Below are positions 19,625-29,438 of a stretch of DNA of 64,000 nucleotides, one piece after another; position 1 is the stretch's first letter; every line of letters begins with the position of its first letter. A program made the translations under genes and the position numbers. The notes below the pieces were generated by a model. The model had not been told where the DNA came from and ran no database searches. It was given only the letters and a program-made list of their open reading frames with translations. The stretch covers positions 480,001 to 544,000 of the forward strand of contig CAWJAX010000003.1 in the NCBI GenBank assembly GCA_963841015.1. The letters run 5' to 3'. The stretch is from an uncultured Methanoregulaceae archaeon. Its GTDB lineage: Archaea; Halobacteriota; Methanomicrobia; Methanomicrobiales; Methanospirillaceae.

Positions 19625-21031
19625 ATGAGTCTGTCAGACCCTGATAACGATAAGAATTACAATGGTGATGCAGAGATGGAAAAAAGCATAAAAAAAACAG
19701 GAGACACCGTCAGCCCCGCGGAAGCCCGGGTTATCGCAAAGGAAGCCTATATCTATGGTTATCCGTTGGTAGGCAATTATCTCGTTCTCTATAACTACTT
19801 TGTGAATCCAAACAGCCCGGAATTCAAAGCCCCCTGGAACCAGATCCGCAACATACCACGGGTCTTCACATCAGAGGATAAGATAGTGAAAGTCCCCAAC
19901 TCAGATACACCATATTCCATGCTTGGTATGGACCTTCGGACTGAACCCATCGTGATTACCGTCCCGCCCATCGAAAAGTCTCGCTATTTCAGCATCCAGC
20001 TCATCGATTTGTATACGTTTAACTTCGATTACATCGGAAGCCGCACCACCGGCAACGATGGAGGCAGTTTCCTCATCACCGGCCCCGGCTGGAAGGGTAA
20101 AGTACCTGATGGCATTAAGAAAGTAATCCGTTCGGAGACCGGATTGGTATTCGCGGTATACCGGACGCAGCTTTTCAACCCGGCTGATCTTGATAATGTA
20201 AAGAAAGTCCAGGCAGGTTATGGGGTGCAGCCGTTGTCGGAATTCCTGTGCACGCCCCGGCCAAAGGCTGCTCCCGCGATTGATTTCATCGAGCCACTGA
20301 CACCAGAAATACTCAGGACCTCTCCTGAATTTTTCAGCATCCTGAACTTTGTGCTGAAGTTCTGCCCCACCCATCCCTCGGAGAAGGAACTTATGGCCCG
20401 ATTTGCGAGGATCGGCATTGGTGCCGGCAAGACCTTTGATGCCGACACACTGTCACCTGAAATAAAGACTGCCATCGGGCAGGGCATTGCCGACGCCTGG
20501 GCTGCCTTTACGGACTTTAAGAAGAACCGGTTCGATACAAAGGAGGTGGTCTTTGGTGACCTGTACGGGACACGGGAGTCTCAGAAAAACAATTATTTCT
20601 ACCGGATGGCTGCATTCGTGCTCGGCAACTACGGTAATTCGAAGGAGGAAGCGATGTACCCGACCTATCCCACTGACGCCGAAGGTAAGCCGCTGGTGGG
20701 GACCAACCGTTACACGCTGCGGTTTGCACCGGGCCAGTTGCCTCCGGTCAACGCATTCTGGTCACTGACGATGTACGGCCTACCCGAGAACCTGCTGGTG
20801 GCTAATCCCCTCAACCGCTACCTGATCAACTCGCCGATGCTGCCGCAGGTAAAGCGTGATGCTGATGGGGGACTGACACTGCTGGTACAAAACGAGTCCC
20901 CCGGTAAGGACCGGGTGACCAACTGGCTGCCGGCACCAAAAGGACAATTCCTGATGGCCCTGCGCCTGTACTGGCCGAAAGAAGAAGCGATTGATGGCAG
21001 GTGGACCGAGCCGAAGGTCGTTAAAGTCTGA
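19625..21031 (+). CDS. DUF1254/DUF1214 protein
   Basis: EAYIYGYP, PNSDTPYS, IGSRTTG, PPVNAFWSLTMY, NWLPAP, LRLYWP; start may be 19676. Confidence 0.92.
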   Translation: MSLSDPDNDKNYNGDAEMEKSIKKTGDTVSPAEARVIAKEAYIYGYPLVGNYLVLYNYFVNPNSPEFKAPWNQIRNIPRVFTSEDKIVKVPNSDTPYSMLGMDLRTEPIVITVPPIEKSRYFSIQLIDLYTFNFDYIGSRTTGNDGGSFLITGPGWKGKVPDGIKKVIRSETGLVFAVYRTQLFNPADLDNVKKVQAGYGVQPLSEFLCTPRPKAAPAIDFIEPLTPEILRTSPEFFSILNFVLKFCPTHPSEKELMARFARIGIGAGKTFDADTLSPEIKTAIGQGIADAWAAFTDFKKNRFDTKEVVFGDLYGTRESQKNNYFYRMAAFVLGNYGNSKEEAMYPTYPTDAEGKPLVGTNRYTLRFAPGQLPPVNAFWSLTMYGLPENLLVANPLNRYLINSPMLPQVKRDADGGLTLLVQNESPGKDRVTNWLPAPKGQFLMALRLYWPKEEAIDGRWTEPKVVKV

Positions 21032-21088
21032 TAGTCAGGTTTGGAGAAAAAGAATAAACAATACCAACATCAAACAAACAGAACGGAG

Positions 21089-21763
21089 ATGACTATGAGT
21101 AATCCTGAAAATTCTTTGTACGTTGACAAGGCCCGGGGTCTTGCCCAGTGTGAGCTGTTCCTGATGAAGACCGAAGCCGGGAAAATGGAAGCGCTGGTCT
21201 ACAATACCACGGGGCTGAATGACTGCCCTCCCGGCCAGTATAATCCGATGGATGCCAAAGTGCTGGCACAACAGACCAAATCTGATGTTGTATGGAAAAA
21301 CCCCCGGCGCTTCTGGATGATGGATCATCTGACGATTGCACTGGCTGGAAAACCCCGCGAATTTTACGGTCTCCCTTTTAACTTCGTCGCGAAAATGCAG
21401 ATGCCTGCGGGTTTCGACACAACCAAAGACCAATCCTCACAAGCCTACAACCCGATGAAGATTCACCGTGTCACTAAATACGAGTTCCTGAAGGGCAGGA
21501 TGGTCTTCATGTTGCGGTCTCCCGACGAACACACCTGGGTCATGCAGACCTATACAAACCATGTTGACCGCAGCCTGACCGAAGCCACTCTGCCGAACAT
21601 GGGACAAAAGCTGAAGCTGCCCATGGGATGGCAGTTCAAGGCCAAGGTGCTCGACCGGAACCTGATCATCAACACAACCGGCCTGGCCAACATTGTCCCG
21701 GACGATCTGGCTAATATGTATCAGGGCTGTATAGGTGACGTCCATAACTTTGATCCCTGGTAA
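21089..21763 (+). CDS. Hypothetical protein (paralogue of 21936-22691)
   Basis: YNTTGLNDCP, NPRRFWMMD, LPMGWQF, DDLANMYQ; GGAG upstream. Confidence 0.85.
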   Translation: MTMSNPENSLYVDKARGLAQCELFLMKTEAGKMEALVYNTTGLNDCPPGQYNPMDAKVLAQQTKSDVVWKNPRRFWMMDHLTIALAGKPREFYGLPFNFVAKMQMPAGFDTTKDQSSQAYNPMKIHRVTKYEFLKGRMVFMLRSPDEHTWVMQTYTNHVDRSLTEATLPNMGQKLKLPMGWQFKAKVLDRNLIINTTGLANIVPDDLANMYQGCIGDVHNFDPW

Positions 21764-21935
21764 CAGAGGACTCGAAAAAACCATTTTCTTCATTTTTTTT
21801 TATAAATCAGTTTTATTCCTTAAGTTTCTTTCACGTAGCACAGTAATCATACATGCACTATTTCCGGCGTGCTCATTAGGATAGGTTAATGAAGTTTTCT
21901 CGTAATATCCTCCTGCATAATGATGGTGATGAGTA

Positions 21936-22691
21936 ATGAAAAATACGCCCGATAAACCTGCATCGGCCCCGGGTTCTACAGTGATTCCCGGTTGCGAGAT
22001 GAACGCACAGGACAAAGCGACAATGGTCATGCAGACATTTTCGAACATGCGGGACGTGAGCTTCTGCGAGGTGATCCTCTGGTGCGGTGAAGGAGGGACG
22101 TACGGTACATCCGGGTTGAATGACCCGAGGGACTCGTGCCCGGAACTTCTCTATAAGGGCCTCAGTAACGAGGCTTTGGCAAAACAGTACAAAGTCAAGG
22201 GTGCTTCCCTGAACCCACCCCGTGGCCGAAGATACTGGTTAATTGACAAACTGGAAATCCCTGCATCCACAACGGTCCGCGATTTCAACGGCCTCAAGGC
22301 ACATTACTGGGGAGAAGTGGAAGAACCCCCCGATGGTAAACCTATGGTCCTGGATCCCGCGAAGCTCCAGTATAAACCGTTGTATTTCAAGCGTAATTCA
22401 ACCATTACCTTTGAAAAAGACAAGCCCGTCTTCCTGTTGAAAGACGCCGAGGGTACAACCTGGGTATATAAGAACTATACGACCGCCATGGACCCGACCC
22501 TGACGTATAAGGATCTCCAGAAGCTGGACAAGCGGCTCAGGCAGCTGCCTGCAGGATTTACCCTCCGGACCAGGACACTGGATAAGGATCTGATTATCAA
22601 GGCTGTCGATGGGAAGGCACGAATCATGTGGGACGAACTGGGCGGTTCCTGGGACGCATTGGATCCCGGCGTGGCCAATTACCAGCCATAG
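21936..22691 (+). CDS. Hypothetical protein (paralogue of 21089-21763)
   Basis: YGTSGLND..CP, RRYWLID, LPAGFTLRTRTLD, WDELG. Confidence 0.85.
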   Translation: MKNTPDKPASAPGSTVIPGCEMNAQDKATMVMQTFSNMRDVSFCEVILWCGEGGTYGTSGLNDPRDSCPELLYKGLSNEALAKQYKVKGASLNPPRGRRYWLIDKLEIPASTTVRDFNGLKAHYWGEVEEPPDGKPMVLDPAKLQYKPLYFKRNSTITFEKDKPVFLLKDAEGTTWVYKNYTTAMDPTLTYKDLQKLDKRLRQLPAGFTLRTRTLDKDLIIKAVDGKARIMWDELGGSWDALDPGVANYQP

Positions 22692-22931
22692 ACAGGATCT
22701 CTCTTTTCATTTTTTATTACGGCAAAATTGAGCTGGATCAGCTAATCGCGATGAGAGAATAATTTGTCCAGGAGAATTTCGTTTTCATATCTTCAGTTCC
22801 AACGCCTTTTTGTCTGTAATGTCCCGTGAAACTGCGACAATTTCCGGTTCGCCAGTGTCCTCACTTAATGAGAAACCGATACGTAGATTCAATCCAGACG
22901 TTTGACCTCTTCACCTTGCAAGGGGACTATT

Positions 22932-24647
22932 TTATTCCGATTCTTCTGAGACATTCCCCTCGTCAGGGAAGCGCCGTTGGAATTCGCGTACAGCCCTCTC
23001 AAGAGAGAGGAAGATATTGTCTTCGCCAACACGGTGAGTGAGGGCGGTGATCTCCATCCGGTCCCGCACCGGTCCCCGCACATGGGCAAATGAGATAACA
23101 ATTTTTCTCTCTTTGAGAGAATCCACCAGCTCGCGGAGCATGTCTACGGTAGCAAGATCGAGGTCCGTGGTTGCCCCGATGTCAAGGATAACGGCACGGA
23201 GGTCTTTTCCTGCAGTGACGAGGTCAAGGATGCCTCTCCGTGCAACGTTGGCATTGAAGAAGTAGAGCGGAGCATCCAGCCGGAGGATCAGGAGCCCGGG
23301 CACGGGCTCATTTTCCGGCGCTCTTCCGATGTCGCCATACACACCGTCATGCCCGGGCACTTTTCCCAGTACCACGATGTGAGGGCGACTGGCGCTATAC
23401 AGGAGCATAACGAGAGAGAGGAGTACAGCAAGGATGAGCCCTTCAAGGATACCGATGACGATCACCCCGAGAAGCGCAGTCGCCGCCAGCCAGAAATCAG
23501 CCCGGCGCAGAGCATAGTAGCGCGTGAGGGCTGCTATGTCCAGAAGCGCGTAGACAGCGACAATCACGACCGCACCAAGGACTGCCTGGGGCAGGTTCCG
23601 GAAGAGGGGTGCAATGAGAATGAGCGTGAGGAAGATCAGGCCTGCGGTGATGAGACCGGATACCTGCGTCCTCGCCCCCGCGGTGTCTCCCGTTGCTGTC
23701 GACGAGAGGGTTGCATCGACAGTAGCTCCCTGGAAGAGCCCGGAGCTGATGTTTGCCGAACCCAGAGCGATCAGCTCCTGGTCCGGGTTGATCTCGTAAT
23801 GGTGACGTGCTGCATACTCCCGTGCTATGCCGAGGCTTTCACCAATCGCGATGAAGACGATACCGATTGCACCTGCCAGGAGGAACGGAATTGCCGTGAT
23901 ACCCACATGGGGAAGACCTGGCGCCGGAAAACCTGCAGGGATAGTACCAACAATGCTGACGCCATACTGTTCAAGATCGAAGATGGATACTGCGAGGATC
24001 CCGGCAACAAGGGCGACGAGGGCGCCGGGGACGACCGGCCAAGTCCGCCGGATCAGGAGGATGAGGGCTATGGCGCCCAGTCCGATGGCAAGGGTGTACG
24101 GGTTGGTGAGCCCGAGATTCCCGATGAGCTGGACGAGCTGCTCAAAGAACGTTCCGGAACCGCCGGGAACACCCAAAACTTTCGGCAGCTGCCCGATAAT
24201 GATGGTGAGGGCAATCCCGAAGATGAATCCGGTCACTACTGACTTGGAGAGGAAATCCGAGATGAACCCGAACCGGGCAATCCCCGCGATAAGGAGGATA
24301 ATGCCGGCCAGGAGAGCGAGCGCAGCCGTGAACGCGATGGTCATCGACGGATCCCCGAGGGCAAGAGGCGCCACGATCGCAGCCGATGTGATAGCCATGG
24401 CCGAGGTCATTGCCACTTTGAGGTTCCGGCTCGTCCCGAAGATCGCGTATGCAACCAGTGCGACTGTCGATGCCGCGAGCCCGGCCTGAGGGGGAATTCC
24501 CGCGATTTCGGCGTATGCCATGGATGCAGGAACAAGAATCCCCCAAACGGTAACTGCCGCAATAAGATCGGGTACCAAATTCTCCCGCTTATAGAGGGGC
24601 AGCCAGTTCCGTATAGGAATATATTTCCTGAACAGTCCTTCCTGCAT
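22932..24647 (-). CDS. SulP family anion transporter with STAS domain
   Basis: DLIAAVTV..VPASMAYA, NPDQELIALG, DAPLYFFN. Confidence 0.94.
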   Translation of the reverse strand: MQEGLFRKYIPIRNWLPLYKRENLVPDLIAAVTVWGILVPASMAYAEIAGIPPQAGLAASTVALVAYAIFGTSRNLKVAMTSAMAITSAAIVAPLALGDPSMTIAFTAALALLAGIILLIAGIARFGFISDFLSKSVVTGFIFGIALTIIIGQLPKVLGVPGGSGTFFEQLVQLIGNLGLTNPYTLAIGLGAIALILLIRRTWPVVPGALVALVAGILAVSIFDLEQYGVSIVGTIPAGFPAPGLPHVGITAIPFLLAGAIGIVFIAIGESLGIAREYAARHHYEINPDQELIALGSANISSGLFQGATVDATLSSTATGDTAGARTQVSGLITAGLIFLTLILIAPLFRNLPQAVLGAVVIVAVYALLDIAALTRYYALRRADFWLAATALLGVIVIGILEGLILAVLLSLVMLLYSASRPHIVVLGKVPGHDGVYGDIGRAPENEPVPGLLILRLDAPLYFFNANVARRGILDLVTAGKDLRAVILDIGATTDLDLATVDMLRELVDSLKERKIVISFAHVRGPVRDRMEITALTHRVGEDNIFLSLERAVREFQRRFPDEGNVSEESE

Positions 24648-24912
24648 GACAACTCCCCGGATAATCATAGAGATGTCGTTTTTGGTACACTAAAAAACGA
24701 TCGGTGGATATTCTCTGTACCTTCGGGTTAATTTCCGGAAATTTGAGATAAAAACTCGGAGTCATGAGAAAGGTTAAGGACCTTTCATTTTTTTTTATTT
24801 TCTTCCTGACCAGTCACGACTAGCGTAGAGATAATATACCCTGATGAACAATTAGCAGTGATAGAATACTCTTAAAAAATTTACCATCTTCTTAAAAAAA
24901 AGTGTGATTACC

Positions 24913-27279
24913 ATGGCAAAACTCAAGATATACAAAGACGGGACCCCTTTTACCGGTGTTATCGGACGTACTACCGAAGAGTCCTCGCCGGCCTGGCCGG
25001 AGCTCGAACGCCCCCCGGAAGGTGCACCGAACGTCATCTTCTTTGTGCTTGACGATGTCGGCTATGGCCAGTTGTCCCCCTTCGGCGGGCTGGTCGAGAC
25101 ACCTGTGCTGAACGAGCTGGCGAAAAACGGCCTGACCTACACCAACATGCACACCACGGCCCTCTGCTCGCCGTCGCGGGGCTGCATCCTGACCGGGCGG
25201 AATCATCACTCAATAGGGCTGGCGTCGATCACCGAAACCTCCACCGGATACCCCGGCTACAACGGCATCCTGCCCTTTGACAAGGGGATGCTTTCCGAGA
25301 TGCTGCTGCAGAAAGGCTACAACACCTTCTGTGTCGGGAAGTGGCACCTCACGCCTCCTGAACACACGACCGCAGCCGGACCCTATGACCGCTGGCCTCT
25401 CGGCCGCGGCTTCGAGCGGTATTACGGGTTCATGGGCGGCGAGACCAACCAGTGGTATCCCGAGCTGGTCTACGACAACCACGGGGTCGAGCAGCCTGCA
25501 ATGCCTGAGGATGGCTACCACCTGAGCGCTGACCTTGCTACAAAGGCCATCGAGTTCATCCAGGATGCGCACGTCACCGCACCGGACAAACCCTTCTTCC
25601 TGTATTATGCCACAGGCTGCGGCCACGCACCGCACCACGTACCCAAGGAATGGGCGGACAAGTACAAGGGCAGGTTCGACATGGGCTGGGACAAGTACCG
25701 CGAGTTCGTCCACCAGCGCCAGATTGAGATGGGTATCATTCCCCCGGGAACCGAATTGTCACCACACGATCCCGATGTGCCGGTCTGGAACACATTGTCA
25801 GCAGACGAGAAGCGGCTTTTTATCCGGATGATGGAGGTCTATGCCGGGTTTGTCACCTTCACCGATTACCACTTCGGGCGTATCCTTGATTTCCTGAAAG
25901 AGATCGGCGAGCTGGACAACACGCTGATCATCGTCATCTCCGACAACGGAGCCAGCTCCGAGGGCGGACCAGTGGGATCCCTCAACGAGATGTTCTTTTT
26001 TAACAATGCGAAGGAAACGCTGGAAGACAACCTCAGGGTCATCGATAAGCTGGGCGGTGTCGAGACCTGCAACCACTATCCCTGGGGCTGGACGAATGCC
26101 GGCAACACGCCCTTCCGCCGCTGGAAGCGCGAGACATACCGGGGCGGCACCACCGACCCGTGCATCGTGTCGTGGCCAAAGGGGATCCGGGCCAGCGGCG
26201 AGCTGCGGCCCCAGTACGGGCATATCATCGACTTTGTCCCGACAGTCCTGGAAGCCCTTGGCATCGAGGCGCCGCAGGACATCCGCGGCGTGACCCAGGC
26301 GCCCATCGACGGGATAAGTTTTGCTCAGACCTTCAACGATGCTGCTGCGCCAGGCAATCACCACACCCAGTACTTCGAGATGTTCGGCCACCGCTCGATC
26401 TACCATGACGGCTGGCGGGCGGTCTGCCCGTGGCCGGGCCCGAGCTTCTTCGAGGCTGCAAAGAAGGGGCGCCAGTTCGGCTCCCCCCTGCCTAACAAGG
26501 TGCTCGTCGATATCGAGACCCACGACTGGGAGCTGTACCACGTGGACGAGGACTACTCCGAATGCCACAACCTGGCCGCAAAACATCGCGACAAGGTGAT
26601 CGAGATGGTCGGCCGGTGGTGGGCTGAAGCGGGCAAGTACCAGGTGCTGCCCATAGATGGCAGCGCCCTGGAACGCCTCAACGTGGAACGCCCGACTATA
26701 GCGAAGCCGAGGGACAGGTTTGTCTATTACCCCGGCGGATCGTCGGTCCCATTCACCGCCACGCCCAAGACCTACAACCGGCCCTGGAGCATCACAGCCG
26801 ACGTTGTAATCCCCCCGGGCGGCGCAGAGGGGGTGCTGCTGGCCAATGGCGGCCGCACCGGCGGTTACACCTTCTTTGTCAAGGACCAGAGGCTCCACTT
26901 CCTCTACAACTGGCTGGGCCGGGACAGGTTCTGGCTGCATTCCAGCGAGAAGGTTCCTGAGGGTGAGGTCGAGCTCCGCTACGAGTTCGAGCCGACCGGC
27001 AAGCCCAACATTGCCCTGGGGAGGGGAGTGCCGGCCCGCTGCCAGCTTTATATTAACCGCCGGCTGGTCGCGAACATCGACATGCCCTTCTCGGTCCTGA
27101 ACATCTTCGGGACGCAGGGGCTGACCTGCGGCTATGACGGCGGCGAGCCGGCAGCGCCGGAGGAGTACAGCGATGCATTCCCCTTCACCGGTACCATCAA
27201 ACGGGTTACGCTGGATCTGTCAGGCGAACTGATTCCTGATACTGAAGCGGATCTGAAGATCGCCATGGCGCGGCAGTAA
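24913..27279 (+). CDS. Cys-type arylsulfatase with C-terminal LamG-like domain
   Basis: LDDVG, LCSPSRGCILTGR (CxPxR), GKWHL, SDNGAS; no signal peptide. Confidence 0.95.
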   Translation: MAKLKIYKDGTPFTGVIGRTTEESSPAWPELERPPEGAPNVIFFVLDDVGYGQLSPFGGLVETPVLNELAKNGLTYTNMHTTALCSPSRGCILTGRNHHSIGLASITETSTGYPGYNGILPFDKGMLSEMLLQKGYNTFCVGKWHLTPPEHTTAAGPYDRWPLGRGFERYYGFMGGETNQWYPELVYDNHGVEQPAMPEDGYHLSADLATKAIEFIQDAHVTAPDKPFFLYYATGCGHAPHHVPKEWADKYKGRFDMGWDKYREFVHQRQIEMGIIPPGTELSPHDPDVPVWNTLSADEKRLFIRMMEVYAGFVTFTDYHFGRILDFLKEIGELDNTLIIVISDNGASSEGGPVGSLNEMFFFNNAKETLEDNLRVIDKLGGVETCNHYPWGWTNAGNTPFRRWKRETYRGGTTDPCIVSWPKGIRASGELRPQYGHIIDFVPTVLEALGIEAPQDIRGVTQAPIDGISFAQTFNDAAAPGNHHTQYFEMFGHRSIYHDGWRAVCPWPGPSFFEAAKKGRQFGSPLPNKVLVDIETHDWELYHVDEDYSECHNLAAKHRDKVIEMVGRWWAEAGKYQVLPIDGSALERLNVERPTIAKPRDRFVYYPGGSSVPFTATPKTYNRPWSITADVVIPPGGAEGVLLANGGRTGGYTFFVKDQRLHFLYNWLGRDRFWLHSSEKVPEGEVELRYEFEPTGKPNIALGRGVPARCQLYINRRLVANIDMPFSVLNIFGTQGLTCGYDGGEPAAPEEYSDAFPFTGTIKRVTLDLSGELIPDTEADLKIAMARQ

Positions 27280-27364
27280 ACGGCCCGGCTCACGGTACTC
27301 GTCCGTTCGATAGGTAAAAAAACAAACAAATTTTTTAATCTGTTATCAAACCTTTCTAAAAATC

Positions 27365-28534
27365 ATGCCTGCCTGCAACCTTCCCGCTTTCAATCTCATG
27401 GCAAAACCCGGTGGACCCCGGTGTAACCTTTCCTGCCAGTACTGCTTTTACTTAGGCAAGGGAGAACTGTATCCGGAGAGCCGGTTCCATATGTCCGATA
27501 AAGTTCTTGAGGAGTACACAAGGCAGACCATAGAGGCACATTGCATACCAGAAGTAACCTTCGCATGGCAGGGTGGTGAACCGACAATCCTCGGCATTGA
27601 TTTTTTCAAAAAGGCTCTTGACCTTCAGAAAAAGTATTGCAGGCACGGGGTTGTAATCCATAACACCATCCAGACGAACGGTACCCTGCTGGATGACCAA
27701 TGGTGCGAATTTTTCCGGAAGCACCGCTTTTTAGTGGGTATCAGTATCGATGGGCCGCGGGACCTGCACGATGCCTGCAGGACGGACGCTACAGGAAAGG
27801 GAACGTTTGACCGCGTGATGAAGGGGATCGCCTGCCTGAAAAAGCACAAGGTGGACTTCAACATCCTGTGCACCGTTAATGCGGTGAACGGGGATCATCC
27901 CGGTGAAGTCTACCGCTTCTTCCGCGATGAGGTTAAGGAACAGTTTATCCAGTTCATCCCGGTAGTGGAACGTGACGCTAAAAATGGTGCCGTAACCCCC
28001 TTGTCCGTCGCTCCTGAACAGTACGGGAAGTTCCTGATCGGGGTCTTTGATGAATGGGTGAGACATGATGTGGGAACGGTCTACGTCCAGCATTTCGATA
28101 CCGCCCTTGCAAACTGGTACGGGGAGCCCCATGGGATCTGCGTCTTCTCTCCTTCCTGCGGATCTGCAATGGTGATCGAGCACAACGGCGATATTTACTC
28201 GTGCGATCATTTTGTCGACAGAGACTACCTGCTGGGCAATATCCTGACTGTTCCGCTTACGGAGCTGGTCAACAGTGAGAGGCAAAGGCAGTTTGGACGG
28301 AATAAGAAGGAAAAACTTCCGAAATACTGCCTCGAATGCCCGGTCCTCTTCGCGTGCCGGGGTGAATGTCCGAAAAACCGGTTTGCGGTAACTCCGGAGG
28401 GTGAGCCGGGTCTGAATTATCTCTGCGATGGCTACCGGATGTTCTTTACCCATATTGACAGACCGATGAAATTTATGGCAGAAGAGTTGCAAGCCGGACG
28501 AGCCCCTGCAAACGTTATGAATTCCCCTTTTTAA
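27365..28534 (+). CDS. Anaerobic sulfatase maturase (radical SAM/SPASM)
   Basis: CNLSCQYC, WQGGEP, QTNG, YSCDHFV, CRGECPKNR. Confidence 0.95.
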   Translation: MPACNLPAFNLMAKPGGPRCNLSCQYCFYLGKGELYPESRFHMSDKVLEEYTRQTIEAHCIPEVTFAWQGGEPTILGIDFFKKALDLQKKYCRHGVVIHNTIQTNGTLLDDQWCEFFRKHRFLVGISIDGPRDLHDACRTDATGKGTFDRVMKGIACLKKHKVDFNILCTVNAVNGDHPGEVYRFFRDEVKEQFIQFIPVVERDAKNGAVTPLSVAPEQYGKFLIGVFDEWVRHDVGTVYVQHFDTALANWYGEPHGICVFSPSCGSAMVIEHNGDIYSCDHFVDRDYLLGNILTVPLTELVNSERQRQFGRNKKEKLPKYCLECPVLFACRGECPKNRFAVTPEGEPGLNYLCDGYRMFFTHIDRPMKFMAEELQAGRAPANVMNSPF

Positions 28535-28639
28535 GTTCACTTTTTTCTGATGCTGGTTCAGGTATTGCGTATTTTTCACTCTTGAGATTAGCCAGCTGCT
28601 CTAACTCTCCCGCACGGTAATGGTCTCTCCCGTGCAGCT

Positions 28640-28932
28640 GATACTATTCACCCGTTCCATCACGGCTTGATGAATTATCGCGCTTTTCCAATGGAGTTCT
28701 GGAAAAAGATACGGACTACTAACCACCTGGAACGAATTCACAAAGAACTCAAACGCAGAAGCAGGAAGATTGGCGCTTTCCTGAATGACGCTTCGTTGCT
28801 CAGACTCACCGGTTCGATCCTTATCGATAGTAACGAGAAATGGATAACGTAACCGGTATTTATCTGTGAAGAGTACGATGATCTCTCTGGATTCAGGTTG
28901 TGTCGATTTTACAGCAACATAGAGACACTACC
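28640..28932 (+). mobile_element. IS256-family remnant (transposase C-terminus and right end)
   Basis: FP..WKKIRTTNHLERIHKELKRR..GAF.N..SLLRL; ends TTTACAGCAACATAGAGACACTACC, an IS256-type terminus; left boundary approximate. Confidence 0.85.
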
Positions 28933-28959
28933 TATGAACGTTTTTATCAAAAAAAAAGA

Positions 28960-29232
28960 TCAATCACGATTTTCCAACAGATCTTTTAATGCCGGATCAA
29001 TTTGGAAAGCCTGCTCATAGCGAACCCGTGCCTCTTCATGCTCACCAAGTTTTGTCAGGCAGTTGCCCATTTCAAAGAGCGCCTTTGAATAACGGGGAGC
29101 AATCACGGTTGTTTGTTTGAGGTACTTCAGTGCACTCTCAGGCTTCCCCGACCTGAACATCTCCATCGCTTTCTTGTAGAGGAATTGCGCCTCAATTGGT
29201 ACACCCTTTGTATAGATATACTTCCAACCCAT
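28960..29232 (-). CDS. Small TPR protein
   Basis: IAPRYSKALFEMGNCL..A...YEQAFQIDP. Confidence 0.8.
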   Translation of the reverse strand: MGWKYIYTKGVPIEAQFLYKKAMEMFRSGKPESALKYLKQTTVIAPRYSKALFEMGNCLTKLGEHEEARVRYEQAFQIDPALKDLLENRD

Positions 29233-29438
29233 ACCACCACCTCTGTTCTGCCGTCACTCAATTCAAGTGATGACAGAATTATCTGAGTATTTTTATAAAT
29301 ATTAATAAATATGCGTGGCAGATGTGAGCGGCAGATTTGACTCGTGTACTGCAATGCGAAGGTTACTAAAGAAAACTTGGGGTATTATTTAAAAATACTC
29401 ACCGGCAATTGTGTGTTATTAAAAAAAAATTCCCGACC

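Noticed and set aside
23349-24242. 297-aa highly charged plus-strand ORF
   Set aside because: Complement of hydrophobic SulP codons.
25798-26940. 380-aa minus-strand ORF
   Set aside because: Antisense shadow of the arylsulfatase, explained by codon bias.
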